Source: a virus
Lineage: Duplodnaviria > Caudoviricetes
Length of the DNA: 39,530 bases
IMG/VR virus record: IMGVR_UViG_3300030116_002376
Location: 1-39,530 of that record
Reading direction: 5' to 3' (one strand)
In this document: positions 1 through 10,757 of the stretch, in pieces
How positions within the stretch are numbered: position 1 is the first letter of the stretch
Layout of the letters: every line of letters begins with the position of its first letter
Position numbers and translations under genes: made by a program
The notes under the pieces: generated by a model
What the model was told of the DNA's origin: nothing
What the model saw: only the letters and a program-made list of their open reading frames with translations
The model's database searches: none

Positions 1-1245
1 TTACTTATTGAAGAAATATGTGGACCAGGAGTAAAATTTAAACCTAAAACAAAATCAGCTAAGTCTTGGTCACAGAGTGGTTTTACTGTTGGTACAAGAA
101 CCGTTACCGGTATTAAAAGTCCGACTATGGTAGGTATAGGTCGTGGTGGTAAGATTCTATCAAGAGACTGTGACATAATTATTGCTGATGACATTGAAGA
201 CCACAGTTCTACTATGCAACCTGCATCAAGAGAAAACACAAGAAACTGGTGGACTACAACATTATCAAGTCGTAAAGAAGAACACACTGCAATGATTGTT
301 ATAGGTTCAAGACAACACTATGACGATTTATATTCACATTTGTTAGAAAATGAATCTTGGGAAACAACTGTAGAAGAAGCACATGATACTGCATGTACTA
401 TAACTGATTGGAACGAAGAAGACCATACAGATTGTATGTTGTGGTCAGGCAAAAGGTCTTACAAGTGGTTAATGGATAGAAAACGAGCAGCAGAAACTAC
501 AGGTGGTAGAGCTATATTTGAAATGGTTTATCTTAATGTTGCAATGCCTGAAGGACTAAGTTTATTTAGTCGAGAAGAAATTGAAGCATGTAGAGACCAA
601 AAGAGGGACATAGGGCAGGTACCTAGAGGCACACGCCTTATTGCAGGACTTGACCCTGCCTCTACTGGATACCAGGCAGCATTTTTGTGGGCTTATGGAC
701 CTGCAGATGGAATTATGTACATGGTAGATATGCACAATAATTTAGGTGGTGGTATACCTGAAGCACTTAAAGTTATAAAAGATTGGTGGTCAAAATATAA
801 TTGTTCTCACTGGGTTATAGAAGAAAACGGATTTCAAAAAGCTATACGACAAGATAAATCTATACGTGATTTTGCATCAACACATGGTATATTTTTAGAA
901 GGACATGAAACGTATTCAAATAAGTTTGACCCTATATTTGGTGTAACAGCTATGCGACCATCGTTTCAAGAAGGTATAATTAATTTACCGTATATGGGTT
1001 TTGAAGCTCAAGAAAAGGTAAACTTATATACAAGTCAGTTAGTGTATTTTAGTTCTGCTAAGAACAAGAGCAAGACAGTAGGTACAAAGACTGACATAGT
1101 TATGGCTAGTTGGTTTCCAATGAGAGCAATTAGACGTATGCAAAAAGAACGGTTAGCCGAACTAGACACAGATTATGTGCCTAGCTTTGCTGATTATGAA
1201 ACAAGTAGTTTTAATGAAGGATTATGGGATAGAGACGAATGGTAA
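1..1245 (+). CDS. terL: Terminase large subunit, 5' truncated (frame open from base 1)
   Basis: Frame 1 has no stop from base 1 to the ATG at 127. Walker B-like IIIADDIED, coupling motif IVIGSR, RNase H-like nuclease AGLDPA...IEENGFQ...DIVMA. Lies directly upstream of the portal. Confidence 0.92.
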   Translation, partial: LLIEEICGPGVKFKPKTKSAKSWSQSGFTVGTRTVTGIKSPTMVGIGRGGKILSRDCDIIIADDIEDHSSTMQPASRENTRNWWTTTLSSRKEEHTAMIVIGSRQHYDDLYSHLLENESWETTVEEAHDTACTITDWNEEDHTDCMLWSGKRSYKWLMDRKRAAETTGGRAIFEMVYLNVAMPEGLSLFSREEIEACRDQKRDIGQVPRGTRLIAGLDPASTGYQAAFLWAYGPADGIMYMVDMHNNLGGGIPEALKVIKDWWSKYNCSHWVIEENGFQKAIRQDKSIRDFASTHGIFLEGHETYSNKFDPIFGVTAMRPSFQEGIINLPYMGFEAQEKVNLYTSQLVYFSSAKNKSKTVGTKTDIVMASWFPMRAIRRMQKERLAELDTDYVPSFADYETSSFNEGLWDRDEW

Positions 1246-2996
1246 AGTCTAAAGATGAACTCTACGACAGAGTAGATTATTTAAGAAAAATAAATCAAGA
1301 TGGTATGGTCGATAGAGCTAGAATACGTGACATTTTAAATGGTGGACAAGAAGCTGTTCGTGCATTACTTGGAGACCGTTCAAGCATGGATTTTCACGAA
1401 TTGCCTGCACCAAATTTATTTTTATCAGCATTAGAAAGATTTGCACAAAAATTAGGAAGAAGTCCTGATTTAAAAATAGACGTTATTAATGCTAAAGATT
1501 CTGAAAGAGCAAAAAAGAAATCAGAAAAACTAGAACGTATTGTTGGAGCATACGATGATATGCAAAAATTACATTTACAATTACCACAAGTAGGTAGATG
1601 GCTACCTGGTTATGGTTTTGCTGTATGGACAATAAATACTAAATACGATAAAGACAACAACCCATATCCTTGTGCAGAAATAAGAGACCCTTTTACTTGT
1701 TATCCTGGACCTTTTGGTAATGACCAACAGCCTAAAGATTTAGCAATAATTACTAGAGTTCCAGTTAGTACATTACTTGAACAATACCCGGAGCAAAAAG
1801 CTGCAATTATAGGAGACAATGCAGAATCATCTAATGATTTTACAATGTTATATTACAACGATGGTGCTGCTTCTTGGGCAAATCAAAATGGAGACGGCAA
1901 AGTAGTTGTTGAATATATGGATAAAGAAGGAACATATATATTTTTACCTGAAAATAAAAAAATAATAGATTTTATTCCTAATCCACTGAAAAGTGGTCCA
2001 ATGTATGTTATTGCAAAAAGATTTGCTTTTGACCAAATGCAAAGTCAATTTCAACATGTAATTGGTTTAATGGCTAATATGGCAAAAATAAATATTCTTG
2101 GAACAATTGCTATGGAAGATGCAGTGTTTACAGAAACAAATATCGTTGGAGAAATAGAATCCGGTAAGTACCGTAAAGGTAGATTTGCTGTAAACTATTT
2201 AGCTCCAGGTTCATCTGTTTCTAAACCAGTTAACAATCTTCCATATCAATTATTTCAACAAGTAGATAGATTAGAAAGACATTTGCGTCTAGGTTCTGCA
2301 TATCCTGTATCTGATGATGGACAATCCCCTAACAGTTTTGTTACAGGTAGAGGATTAGAAGAACTTGGACAATCTGCATCTATGCACGTTAGAGAATACC
2401 AAGTCATACTTAGAGAAGCATTACAAGAAGTAGATGCTAAAAGATTAGAGTTTGATGAAGTTATGTATCCTAATAAGAGAAAACCAATTGCAGGAATGCA
2501 CAAAGGCACAGCTTATAAAGAATCATACACACCAAGTTCTGACATATCAGAAATGTATAAGACAAGAAGAGTATACGGAGTAATGGCAGGTTTTGACGAA
2601 CCACAAAAAGTTATTACTGGGTTGCAATTAAAACAGCAAGGTATCATAGATACACAAACACTGCAAGAAAACCTAGACGGGTTAGATAATATTACAAACA
2701 TACAAAACAGAATTAATTCTGAAAAAGCAGAAACTGTATTGTTTGAATCATTAATGGCTCAAGCAGCTCAAGGTAATCCAAAAGCTACTATGGCAGCAGC
2801 AGAGATTAGAAAAAATCCTGGACAAATGACAAAGATACTTGATAAGTTTTATACAGCAGAAGAAGAAACATCGCCTGAAGAAGAAGCGATTATTGGTGCT
2901 GCACAACAACAACCACAAGGTCCAACAGGACCACAAGATATTGCATCAGTATTAGCAGGATTAGGAGCAGGACAACAAGGAGTTCCTGGTGGCTAG
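1239..2996 (+). CDS. Portal (head-tail connector) protein
   Basis: 585 aa, overlaps the terL stop, RDPFTCYP motif and Q/P/G-rich flexible C-terminus typical of podovirus portals. Assignment relies mainly on size and position. Confidence 0.8.
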   Translation: MVKSKDELYDRVDYLRKINQDGMVDRARIRDILNGGQEAVRALLGDRSSMDFHELPAPNLFLSALERFAQKLGRSPDLKIDVINAKDSERAKKKSEKLERIVGAYDDMQKLHLQLPQVGRWLPGYGFAVWTINTKYDKDNNPYPCAEIRDPFTCYPGPFGNDQQPKDLAIITRVPVSTLLEQYPEQKAAIIGDNAESSNDFTMLYYNDGAASWANQNGDGKVVVEYMDKEGTYIFLPENKKIIDFIPNPLKSGPMYVIAKRFAFDQMQSQFQHVIGLMANMAKINILGTIAMEDAVFTETNIVGEIESGKYRKGRFAVNYLAPGSSVSKPVNNLPYQLFQQVDRLERHLRLGSAYPVSDDGQSPNSFVTGRGLEELGQSASMHVREYQVILREALQEVDAKRLEFDEVMYPNKRKPIAGMHKGTAYKESYTPSSDISEMYKTRRVYGVMAGFDEPQKVITGLQLKQQGIIDTQTLQENLDGLDNITNIQNRINSEKAETVLFESLMAQAAQGNPKATMAAAEIRKNPGQMTKILDKFYTAEEETSPEEEAIIGAAQQQPQGPTGPQDIASVLAGLGAGQQGVPGG

Positions 2997-3189
2997 TCCT
3001 GAACAAGAATTAAAAAAACAATTTTACGATATTATAAATGCTGAAGACTGGGATGATACTGGTTATCCTGAAAGACCTCAAGAACAAATATCAGATGTGG
3101 CTTTAGGAGATATTATGATTCCTACACCAATACCTGGTGTATGGATACACGTTAATCTAGGTTTTGAAATAGAGGATGGTTCATGGTAA
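2989..3189 (+). CDS. Hypothetical protein (66 aa)
   Basis: GTG start overlapping the portal stop, GGAG upstream, overlaps the next gene. Confidence 0.65.
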   Translation: MASPEQELKKQFYDIINAEDWDDTGYPERPQEQISDVALGDIMIPTPIPGVWIHVNLGFEIEDGSW

Positions 3190-3488
3190 GAAAGAAAAAA
3201 ATACAAGTGCCTACAAGAGCAGAAGGAGACCCAACAGGTCAGACACAGATGTTGCAAGAACAAGTAGATGCAGTATCTCCAGGACAAGAAGCAGCTTTAC
3301 CTGAAGCACCTATACGTACTGCACAACCACAACCTGTTCAAGATATATTTGCTACACCTTCACAAAAATTACAAGAACCAGGTAATGAGTTGGGAGAAAA
3401 CGAAGCAATGTTTACTGCTGACAACGATATTGAAATTGTAAAGGCAATTTTACTGGAGAAATTTCCATCACTAACAAGTAGGTTCTAA
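3183..3488 (+). CDS. Hypothetical virion-module protein (101 aa)
   Basis: GAGG SD, TAATG coupling to the next ORF. Confidence 0.7.
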   Translation: MVRKKKIQVPTRAEGDPTGQTQMLQEQVDAVSPGQEAALPEAPIRTAQPQPVQDIFATPSQKLQEPGNELGENEAMFTADNDIEIVKAILLEKFPSLTSRF

Positions 3489-6400
3489 TGGCTTCTTATT
3501 ATCTCAAATGGGGAGAAGAAAGATTAGAAGATAAATACTATCAAGATGCTCAAAAACAATCTATTGATGTGCAAAAAAGTATTCTTGGAGATGATGGTAT
3601 AGATGCTTTAGCTGATAAAACTACAACTTTAAAAGGTATGAATCCTTTTGAATCAGATGATTTAGCTATGGCTTCAGCAACTTTAAACCTTACAAACCAA
3701 CAATATTACAATTTGTGGACACAAACAAAACCACAACAATATTATTATTCAAACGGAGAAACATCTCCTACAGTAGAATTTTCTAAAAAGTTTTTTGAAA
3801 GAATTAAAGACGCAGTAAACAACACAAAAGAAATACAAAGACAAACACAGTTAGATTTATTTGGAGAAAACCAAATTAGAAAAAGCACTGTAATAAATGC
3901 TGCATTGGTAGCACTTAACTCTATATTTGAAACAGGTAGTACGTTTTTAGTTAACACTATTGCATTAGAACAAAAAGCATATCAAGCAGAATGGGCTGAA
4001 AGTTTAGGATTAAATATAGATAGGGACTTTGCAAGATATGTAGGAGACAAAGACACAGAAAAAAATGAAGTACCTTTAGGAATAAAAATAAAATCTTTTG
4101 GAGCAGGTGTTAAATCTTTACTTATCAATGCAGATAGACAACAAAATAATTTAATAAACAATATTTTAAATAACGAAACAGTGGCTCAAGCACCTTACAT
4201 ATCAGATAGAGCAAGAAATTATCTTATGAGCAAAAATCTTATAGATGATTTAGGAAATCCTATGTTGCAAAAATCTGATTTGCAAGTTGTCCAGGAAGCA
4301 TTTCCTGATGTTTTATCAGAACAAATAAAAATATTAACTGGTGGTGTAGAGAGAAAGTTAACTCTTAATGAATCAGTAGAAGTATATCAAATGGCTTTTA
4401 ATGAAATACTTGGAGGAGGTATTGGTCAAGAAGGATTAGCAGGATGGTTTGGTCGTGGAGAATATTTAGACCAAGCAGAAGAAACAAGAGAAGGTTTTAA
4501 AAAAGCAAGCATTGCATCTAACTTTGGAGACTTAGTTAGATATACATTTACTGGTTCTTTATCAGGAGAATACAGCCCAAAGATGGCAGTAAGTCAAGAT
4601 ATACAAGAACAAGCAGACGTAGATTTATTTTTACTACAGTCAGCATACGATGTAGGTTCTATAACAAAAGAAGATTATGAGTTAGCAAAAACAAAAATAG
4701 AAGAGATAGAACAAAATGCACTTAGTGATATGGAGTTTGACCCTAAGCACGGATTTAACTCTTGGATAGGTTTTACTACTAACTTAATTGGAATGATAAA
4801 GACTGACCCTTTTATCATGTCAAGCAAAGGTGTAGGAGTTGGTGGTAGAGGAGTTGCTAGCGAAGAAGTATTAACAGGTGTTGGTAAACAACTTGATGAG
4901 CATTTAAAAGCAGGAGGAACTGCTGCAGATTTTTTTGCTGAAGGACAAGACGATGCTATAAGAATACTTGCTGACAAAGTACAAGTATTAGCAGAAGCAG
5001 ATGCACCTTTGTTTAGTGAACTTACTATGAGAGGTTTTAGTCCTGAAGTTGCATATCGTATAGTAGATAATCCTGTAAATAATCCACAAGGTTATTTTGA
5101 TATTATTAAAGACTCTTTGACTAGAGGTTATATATCAGACATAAGAGTAAACGGAAAGATGAGTTCTAATGCAAAAGACTTCCATTTACAGCCAAAAGTA
5201 TTTAGTGATAACTTCTTAGACAATATAGCCGATACTATGACAGGAAATACTACTACTGCAAACTACATTAGAGGTGGTGGCACAAAAGCAAAAGGTAAAA
5301 TTAGAACAGCTACATCTAGTGCAAAAGATATATTTTTAGGCACCGATATTAGGTTACCTTCAAGACCATTTGCTTTTTTAACAGATACATCAAGGTCTGT
5401 TGACACATTTGTAAAGACAGGAAGAATGATGAGTGTTCCTACACCAATCATAGAAGATTTGTCTAAAAAGTTTTATATAGCAATACAAGATAAAAATTAT
5501 AAACTAGCTCAAAGCATATATTATGACGAGTTAGTTATGAGAGAAGGTGCTATACAGTTAAAAGCAACATTCGGTTTATCAGACAAAGAGTTGCAATTAT
5601 TTTTTAGAGAACACTTAGATGATGTAAGAGGATTTAGTGACAGGGGTAAAACGTATAGACCTGCACAAAGTTCTAAATATTATGATGATGATTTTGTAGA
5701 CCCATTTGTAAAAGCACAGTATGCAGACCAAATAATTAATGAAGAAGAGTTAGTGCAATGGTCACAAAAAGCTCTAGGTATGGCAGGACAGGCAATGGAT
5801 TTATCAATAAACATTCCTGATTTAAGAGCTACATTACGCCATACAGGTATAAGAAGAAGATTACGAAACAAACTCGTAGGTTCTAATCAAGTAGATGAAA
5901 GCATAGCATTAATACGTGCAGAAGCAGACAAAGGAGTCAAAGGAACATTTTTTGACCCTGACACACCACTAGGACAAATTACAAAAGGTGCATTTGATGA
6001 TTTGCCTGATGAAAGTTTCTTATATAAAAAATTAGTAATGGATGTGCCTTCTGCATTAGAAACAGGACTGTTTACTTTTATATCAAGAGTTTGGATGCCA
6101 TTACAGTTAATAACACGTATTGCATTCCCACTTAAAATAACTACAGACGGTATGTTAAGAGTATCTACAAAAGGTTTAGCTTCTATATTTAGAGACCCTG
6201 CAGAATACATGAAGATGATATTTAATGACCCTGACGGTCTTATGATACGTTACTTAGAAAGTAAAGGTATTGATGTATCTCCTCTTACAAGTTTGCGTGG
6301 ACCATTTAGAGTTACTAAACCAATACAAGGTGGTACTTTATCAGAAAAACTACCACTTAAATATAGAAAAACATTAGGTGCTTTGACTGAAGGTAACTCA

Positions 6401-9400
6401 GAATTTGGTGTGCCTGAAGTGCGTGATTTGTACGAAAGAGACCCAAAGTTTACTTCTGTATTTAGAAAAGACAATGGTGTTTGGGTTGATATAGAAAAAA
6501 CAGGAAGAAAGAATGTAGCACAAACAGACGGTAGTGTTTTAGCTTTTGATTTAGATAATGACTATATAGAAGCGTATATTGATTATCTAATTACACAAAT
6601 GGCACATGACCCGTTTATGCCTATTGTTGCAGGTGCTATGAGACAAGGTTTGTCTGATGCAGATATTGTAAAAGCAATACAAGACAATAAATACTTAATG
6701 GATGAAATAGCTGCTCTTAACAGAAAAATTATGTCAAGACAAAACGTAGATGGTAGAGCAAACAATATTGTTGTAATTAAAAATGAAAAAGACTTTTTAG
6801 ATTTTGTCAAACATCATCGTATGACTATAAATAATTTTACAGGAGCATCTGATGAACTTATAGAAGTTATTGCACAAGGTAAAGTTGGCAAAATAGATGT
6901 AAGAGATTTTGAAGTATTAAGAACAATAAATTCACAAAGAATAAAAAATACTTTAACTCCAATTATAAATAAGAACTCAGCAGAGTTACCTATAACAGTT
7001 CCTGGACTAGAAAAAATATCAAGTAAAGGAATTATAAATAATTTTAAAGCATTTACAGACGCATTGTTTTTTACAGTAGGTCAGTCAGAAGCAGCACTTG
7101 TACGTATTCCAACATTTAAGCAAGCATACTTACATTACGTAGATGCCAATATGATATTTGCTCAAAGAAATGCTTTAGCAGAAATGTTAGAAAATCATTT
7201 TGACCCAAACAAAGCTATAAATTTATCTGATGAAATGGTTGAAAAAGCAAAACGATTACTTGCAGATAAAAAACTAGACGCAGAAGAGATAGATAGTGTT
7301 ATGTCAAAGATTGTAAAACAATCTGTTGTAGCTAAAGACGATAATTTAACTATTCTTGCGTATCATTCTAACGGTATACATACACCTAGAGTTTTAGGTG
7401 CAACAAACAAACCACAGTTAGATTTACAAGTTAACTTACAAAATGCAGAAAGAAGTGCTTACGTTACAGATAAAAATATTGCAAACATTAGATTAGGAGA
7501 TGAGAATACAAAGATTGGTACATACTACTCAAATGTAAACAAACAAGAAGTAGTTTTAAACGGTAAGTTAACATCAGAACAACAAAACACATTGCGTAAA
7601 GTATTAGTAGAACATTATGGTCCTAATACAAAAAAGAATGTTGATGAAGTTATAAAAGATTTTAAGAGTTTTTTAAAGGACAATCCTACACCTAACACAA
7701 AAGAACTTAGAAGTTTGTTAAAACTAGGAAATGTTAAGTATGAAGATACAGTAGCCATTGCACAACGTGGTGGTTTAAGTTCTTTCTTAGATGAAAAAAC
7801 AGGAAGGTTTGTTATAAACAATCCAAAACAAAGTCCTATTGTTCAGGAATTAACTGAGCTAGATTATCACATGGTGTTAGATAACAACAATGTAAGAACA
7901 GATATAACACGTAACATGACATACGATGATTTAGATAGAAGAGCAGCAGAAGCAGCATTTGAAGTACACAATAGATTGTTGTACAACTTGTTAGAAAGAG
8001 GTTACGTAGCTGAAGCATACAGAGTAGGACTGCCATTCTTTGAAGCATATAGAGAAGTTTTAGGTAGATGGTTTCAACTAGGAACAACAAATACAAGAGC
8101 AGCAGCACAAGTTGCATTTGCTTATAGAAAAGGTTTAGAAGAAAACTTAATATACAAAGATAAGTTTGGAGAAAACTATTTAATTATTCCTGTAGGTGGT
8201 ACAGCCTTAGAGTCTTATGTACAAAGTGGAGGCGAAGGGTTGTGGAAAGATGACATGAGTATAGAAGATAGTGGCATTATTCTTAAAAGAAGTTTTCCAT
8301 TGTCAGCATTAGGTGTTGCAGGTGGTGGTTTGTTTCCTCCACTTGGTCCAGTAGTTGCCATACCAGTAGGTTTAATTACAGCAGATAATCCTGAAGCTAG
8401 AAGATTATTAGAAAGAACTATATTTCAGTTTGGATTACCGTTTGAAGGTGGTGCAGGAGATTTAGGAGATTTAGTATCACAAGCTCTTATTGAAGAAACT
8501 ATGCCTGCTACAGGTAAAAATATATTAAATGCAGTAGCAGATAGATTAGGATTTGCAGGTGTTGACGAAGATTTATACATGTTAGCAACAACACAAGCAA
8601 CACAGATAGCAGCAATGTTATTTCCTGAAGAGGTACAAGATTCAGAATTTTTGTTAAATAAAGCAGCAATTATTAGAGATAACATTTATCAACTAAAAGC
8701 ATGGGATAGAAACGTAAATCCATTAGTACCTAAGATGAATGTTTTGTATAGAGCAGATTTAGAAGACAGCACATTTGAAGAATGGTATGGAAAAGAAGGA
8801 GAATCTAGTGGACTTGTATGGAATGGTTTTGTAGAGCTTTCTGTAATACATAGTTTTTGGCGAGATATGAAAATTGAATATGCAGTTACTATGGGTAAAA
8901 AAGAAGCAGACTTCCAGGCAACAAAAGATATTGTTAGATTTTTAGGATTAGATAAATATTCTTTAGAAGATAGTTTTACTTCTGCATCTATGCAATTACA
9001 AGGTAAATCAATTAATGAAGAAGGTAAGTTGCCTATGACTAAACCTGAATACGATTTTTACTTAGAAGAAAAAGAATTGTTTGATGATTATGGTGGCAAT
9101 GTTTTGTATTTGTTTGATGGCTTAGGTCAAGGAGAAATAGATTATTCAGGATACGGAACACTTAAAGGATTAGGAACTATAACACCTAAAACTAAAGAAG
9201 AGTTTTATTATGCAAGTGCAACATACGCTGCATCTATTGTAGAGCGTGCTGCAAAAGCAGAAAAAGTAAGAAAGTATGAAGAAGCAGGACTAGGTCAACA
9301 GGCATTGAAAGCAGAACTAGCAAAAGTAGATATTGTTTTATCACAATTGTTTCCATTAGCTTATGGAGACCCAGTAACAAAAGCACAATTGTTAGATGAT

Positions 9401-9748
9401 TTACCTGGTTATCAAGTAGGAAAAGGTGCAGATTATTCAGCAAATGCTGAACTAATTACAGCTTTAGTAAATGACCCAAGAGCTGCAAAGTTTGAACTTA
9501 CATCTGTTATAAAAGAATATACTGATTACAGAGATGATGTGCTAAAAGGTGTACAGTTAGCAGAAAAGAAAGTTACAAAACAAGATGCTGCTGAATGGGT
9601 AGCTAATACTGATAGCGAAAAAGCACAAGCAATTAGAGATTTACTATATTTCCAGGCATCAAAAATAATACAGAAAGAACCTATGTTTGGTGTTGTCTTT
9701 GAAGAAGTGTTCTATAATGAAGTAGTTAAGTACGGAGTTAATGAATAA
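3488..9748 (+). CDS. Giant internal virion / ejection-type protein (2086 aa)
   Basis: Long uninterrupted ORF, predicted mostly helical, no Cys seen, LPFFEAYREVLGRW segment reminiscent of large podovirus ejection proteins, located in the head module. Function is inferred. Confidence 0.7.
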   Translation: MASYYLKWGEERLEDKYYQDAQKQSIDVQKSILGDDGIDALADKTTTLKGMNPFESDDLAMASATLNLTNQQYYNLWTQTKPQQYYYSNGETSPTVEFSKKFFERIKDAVNNTKEIQRQTQLDLFGENQIRKSTVINAALVALNSIFETGSTFLVNTIALEQKAYQAEWAESLGLNIDRDFARYVGDKDTEKNEVPLGIKIKSFGAGVKSLLINADRQQNNLINNILNNETVAQAPYISDRARNYLMSKNLIDDLGNPMLQKSDLQVVQEAFPDVLSEQIKILTGGVERKLTLNESVEVYQMAFNEILGGGIGQEGLAGWFGRGEYLDQAEETREGFKKASIASNFGDLVRYTFTGSLSGEYSPKMAVSQDIQEQADVDLFLLQSAYDVGSITKEDYELAKTKIEEIEQNALSDMEFDPKHGFNSWIGFTTNLIGMIKTDPFIMSSKGVGVGGRGVASEEVLTGVGKQLDEHLKAGGTAADFFAEGQDDAIRILADKVQVLAEADAPLFSELTMRGFSPEVAYRIVDNPVNNPQGYFDIIKDSLTRGYISDIRVNGKMSSNAKDFHLQPKVFSDNFLDNIADTMTGNTTTANYIRGGGTKAKGKIRTATSSAKDIFLGTDIRLPSRPFAFLTDTSRSVDTFVKTGRMMSVPTPIIEDLSKKFYIAIQDKNYKLAQSIYYDELVMREGAIQLKATFGLSDKELQLFFREHLDDVRGFSDRGKTYRPAQSSKYYDDDFVDPFVKAQYADQIINEEELVQWSQKALGMAGQAMDLSINIPDLRATLRHTGIRRRLRNKLVGSNQVDESIALIRAEADKGVKGTFFDPDTPLGQITKGAFDDLPDESFLYKKLVMDVPSALETGLFTFISRVWMPLQLITRIAFPLKITTDGMLRVSTKGLASIFRDPAEYMKMIFNDPDGLMIRYLESKGIDVSPLTSLRGPFRVTKPIQGGTLSEKLPLKYRKTLGALTEGNSEFGVPEVRDLYERDPKFTSVFRKDNGVWVDIEKTGRKNVAQTDGSVLAFDLDNDYIEAYIDYLITQMAHDPFMPIVAGAMRQGLSDADIVKAIQDNKYLMDEIAALNRKIMSRQNVDGRANNIVVIKNEKDFLDFVKHHRMTINNFTGASDELIEVIAQGKVGKIDVRDFEVLRTINSQRIKNTLTPIINKNSAELPITVPGLEKISSKGIINNFKAFTDALFFTVGQSEAALVRIPTFKQAYLHYVDANMIFAQRNALAEMLENHFDPNKAINLSDEMVEKAKRLLADKKLDAEEIDSVMSKIVKQSVVAKDDNLTILAYHSNGIHTPRVLGATNKPQLDLQVNLQNAERSAYVTDKNIANIRLGDENTKIGTYYSNVNKQEVVLNGKLTSEQQNTLRKVLVEHYGPNTKKNVDEVIKDFKSFLKDNPTPNTKELRSLLKLGNVKYEDTVAIAQRGGLSSFLDEKTGRFVINNPKQSPIVQELTELDYHMVLDNNNVRTDITRNMTYDDLDRRAAEAAFEVHNRLLYNLLERGYVAEAYRVGLPFFEAYREVLGRWFQLGTTNTRAAAQVAFAYRKGLEENLIYKDKFGENYLIIPVGGTALESYVQSGGEGLWKDDMSIEDSGIILKRSFPLSALGVAGGGLFPPLGPVVAIPVGLITADNPEARRLLERTIFQFGLPFEGGAGDLGDLVSQALIEETMPATGKNILNAVADRLGFAGVDEDLYMLATTQATQIAAMLFPEEVQDSEFLLNKAAIIRDNIYQLKAWDRNVNPLVPKMNVLYRADLEDSTFEEWYGKEGESSGLVWNGFVELSVIHSFWRDMKIEYAVTMGKKEADFQATKDIVRFLGLDKYSLEDSFTSASMQLQGKSINEEGKLPMTKPEYDFYLEEKELFDDYGGNVLYLFDGLGQGEIDYSGYGTLKGLGTITPKTKEEFYYASATYAASIVERAAKAEKVRKYEEAGLGQQALKAELAKVDIVLSQLFPLAYGDPVTKAQLLDDLPGYQVGKGADYSANAELITALVNDPRAAKFELTSVIKEYTDYRDDVLKGVQLAEKKVTKQDAAEWVANTDSEKAQAIRDLLYFQASKIIQKEPMFGVVFEEVFYNEVVKYGVNE

Positions 9749-9813
9749 TGGACAGTGTAGATATGGATATTGAATTAGCTTTAGGAAAAGAACAACTTGG
9801 AGAAGAAGAATAA
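9748..9813 (+). CDS. 21-aa acidic micro-ORF MDSVDMDIELALGKEQLGEEE (not in ORF track)
   Basis: Exactly fills the gap with TAATG overlaps at both ends (9746-9750 and 9811-9815). GGAG lies upstream of its ATG. Confidence 0.65.
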   Translation: MDSVDMDIELALGKEQLGEEE

Positions 9814-10757
9814 TGGCAGGAAGTATATACATACCTAGAACAGCAGCAATATCAGATATTATTGAAACAGATAATGTTGAACCTACAGGACCAGGTGCAG
9901 ATACAACACAGTTTGTTGTTGATTTATTAGGAGACCCTGATAGGAATAAACCTTTAGGAGAAGGATTTCAAAATGTATATCCATCAGAAATAGATTTTGA
10001 AGGAACTAAAGTAAAAAAGTTTATTGATGCTGAAGAATATTTAAAACAACAAGGATTTAGACATGTGTATTTTGCTTTTGACCCAGGAGAAGTAGCAAGA
10101 GATTTAACCAAACAAAACATAGCTTTACTTAAAACACAGATGGCAGGCGTAGGAATTATAGACGCAAGTAAGACTGTAGGTCTTGCACCTGATGAAGAGT
10201 TTGTAAAAGGTATTAAAACACTTATGGAGTTTTCTATGAATGGTGGAGGCAAAATAAGTTGGTTAGGAGCATTAGCTGCAATACGTTCAGATTACAATGC
10301 TAGACAGTCTTTAATAACTAGCAACCCTAAGATTGAACGAGAACAACTAGATGAACTGTTAGATAGCACACTTACAAAAGCTAGAAGCAGAAAAGGTGGT
10401 GCATTAAGTGCTGAAGAAACACAATACATTGCTAATAGGGTATCTTCTATAACAAGAGAATTTAATACTGCTAGTGCAAACTTAACACAAGGAACTCCTG
10501 CAGAGTTTGGATATACACCTGCAAGGTTAGAAGGTATGAGAATAGTTGACCCTGTTGAGACATTTACACCTGCAATACCTGCACAAGAACCTGATGTAGA
10601 AGGATTAGAAGACGACATAGGTGGAGTATTAGATGAAGTATTTGAAGGCAGAGAAGAGTTACAACAAGAGTCTGAAGCTGCCGGACAAATAGGAGCTAGA
10701 GCTGCACGTACTATAAATAGTCTTACAAACTTAAGTAGAAGAGCAGTATCTAGGTAA
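9813..10757 (+). CDS. Putative internal virion protein (314 aa)
   Basis: TAATG-coupled on both sides within the virion block. No recognisable motif. Confidence 0.6.
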   Translation: MAGSIYIPRTAAISDIIETDNVEPTGPGADTTQFVVDLLGDPDRNKPLGEGFQNVYPSEIDFEGTKVKKFIDAEEYLKQQGFRHVYFAFDPGEVARDLTKQNIALLKTQMAGVGIIDASKTVGLAPDEEFVKGIKTLMEFSMNGGGKISWLGALAAIRSDYNARQSLITSNPKIEREQLDELLDSTLTKARSRKGGALSAEETQYIANRVSSITREFNTASANLTQGTPAEFGYTPARLEGMRIVDPVETFTPAIPAQEPDVEGLEDDIGGVLDEVFEGREELQQESEAAGQIGARAARTINSLTNLSRRAVSR

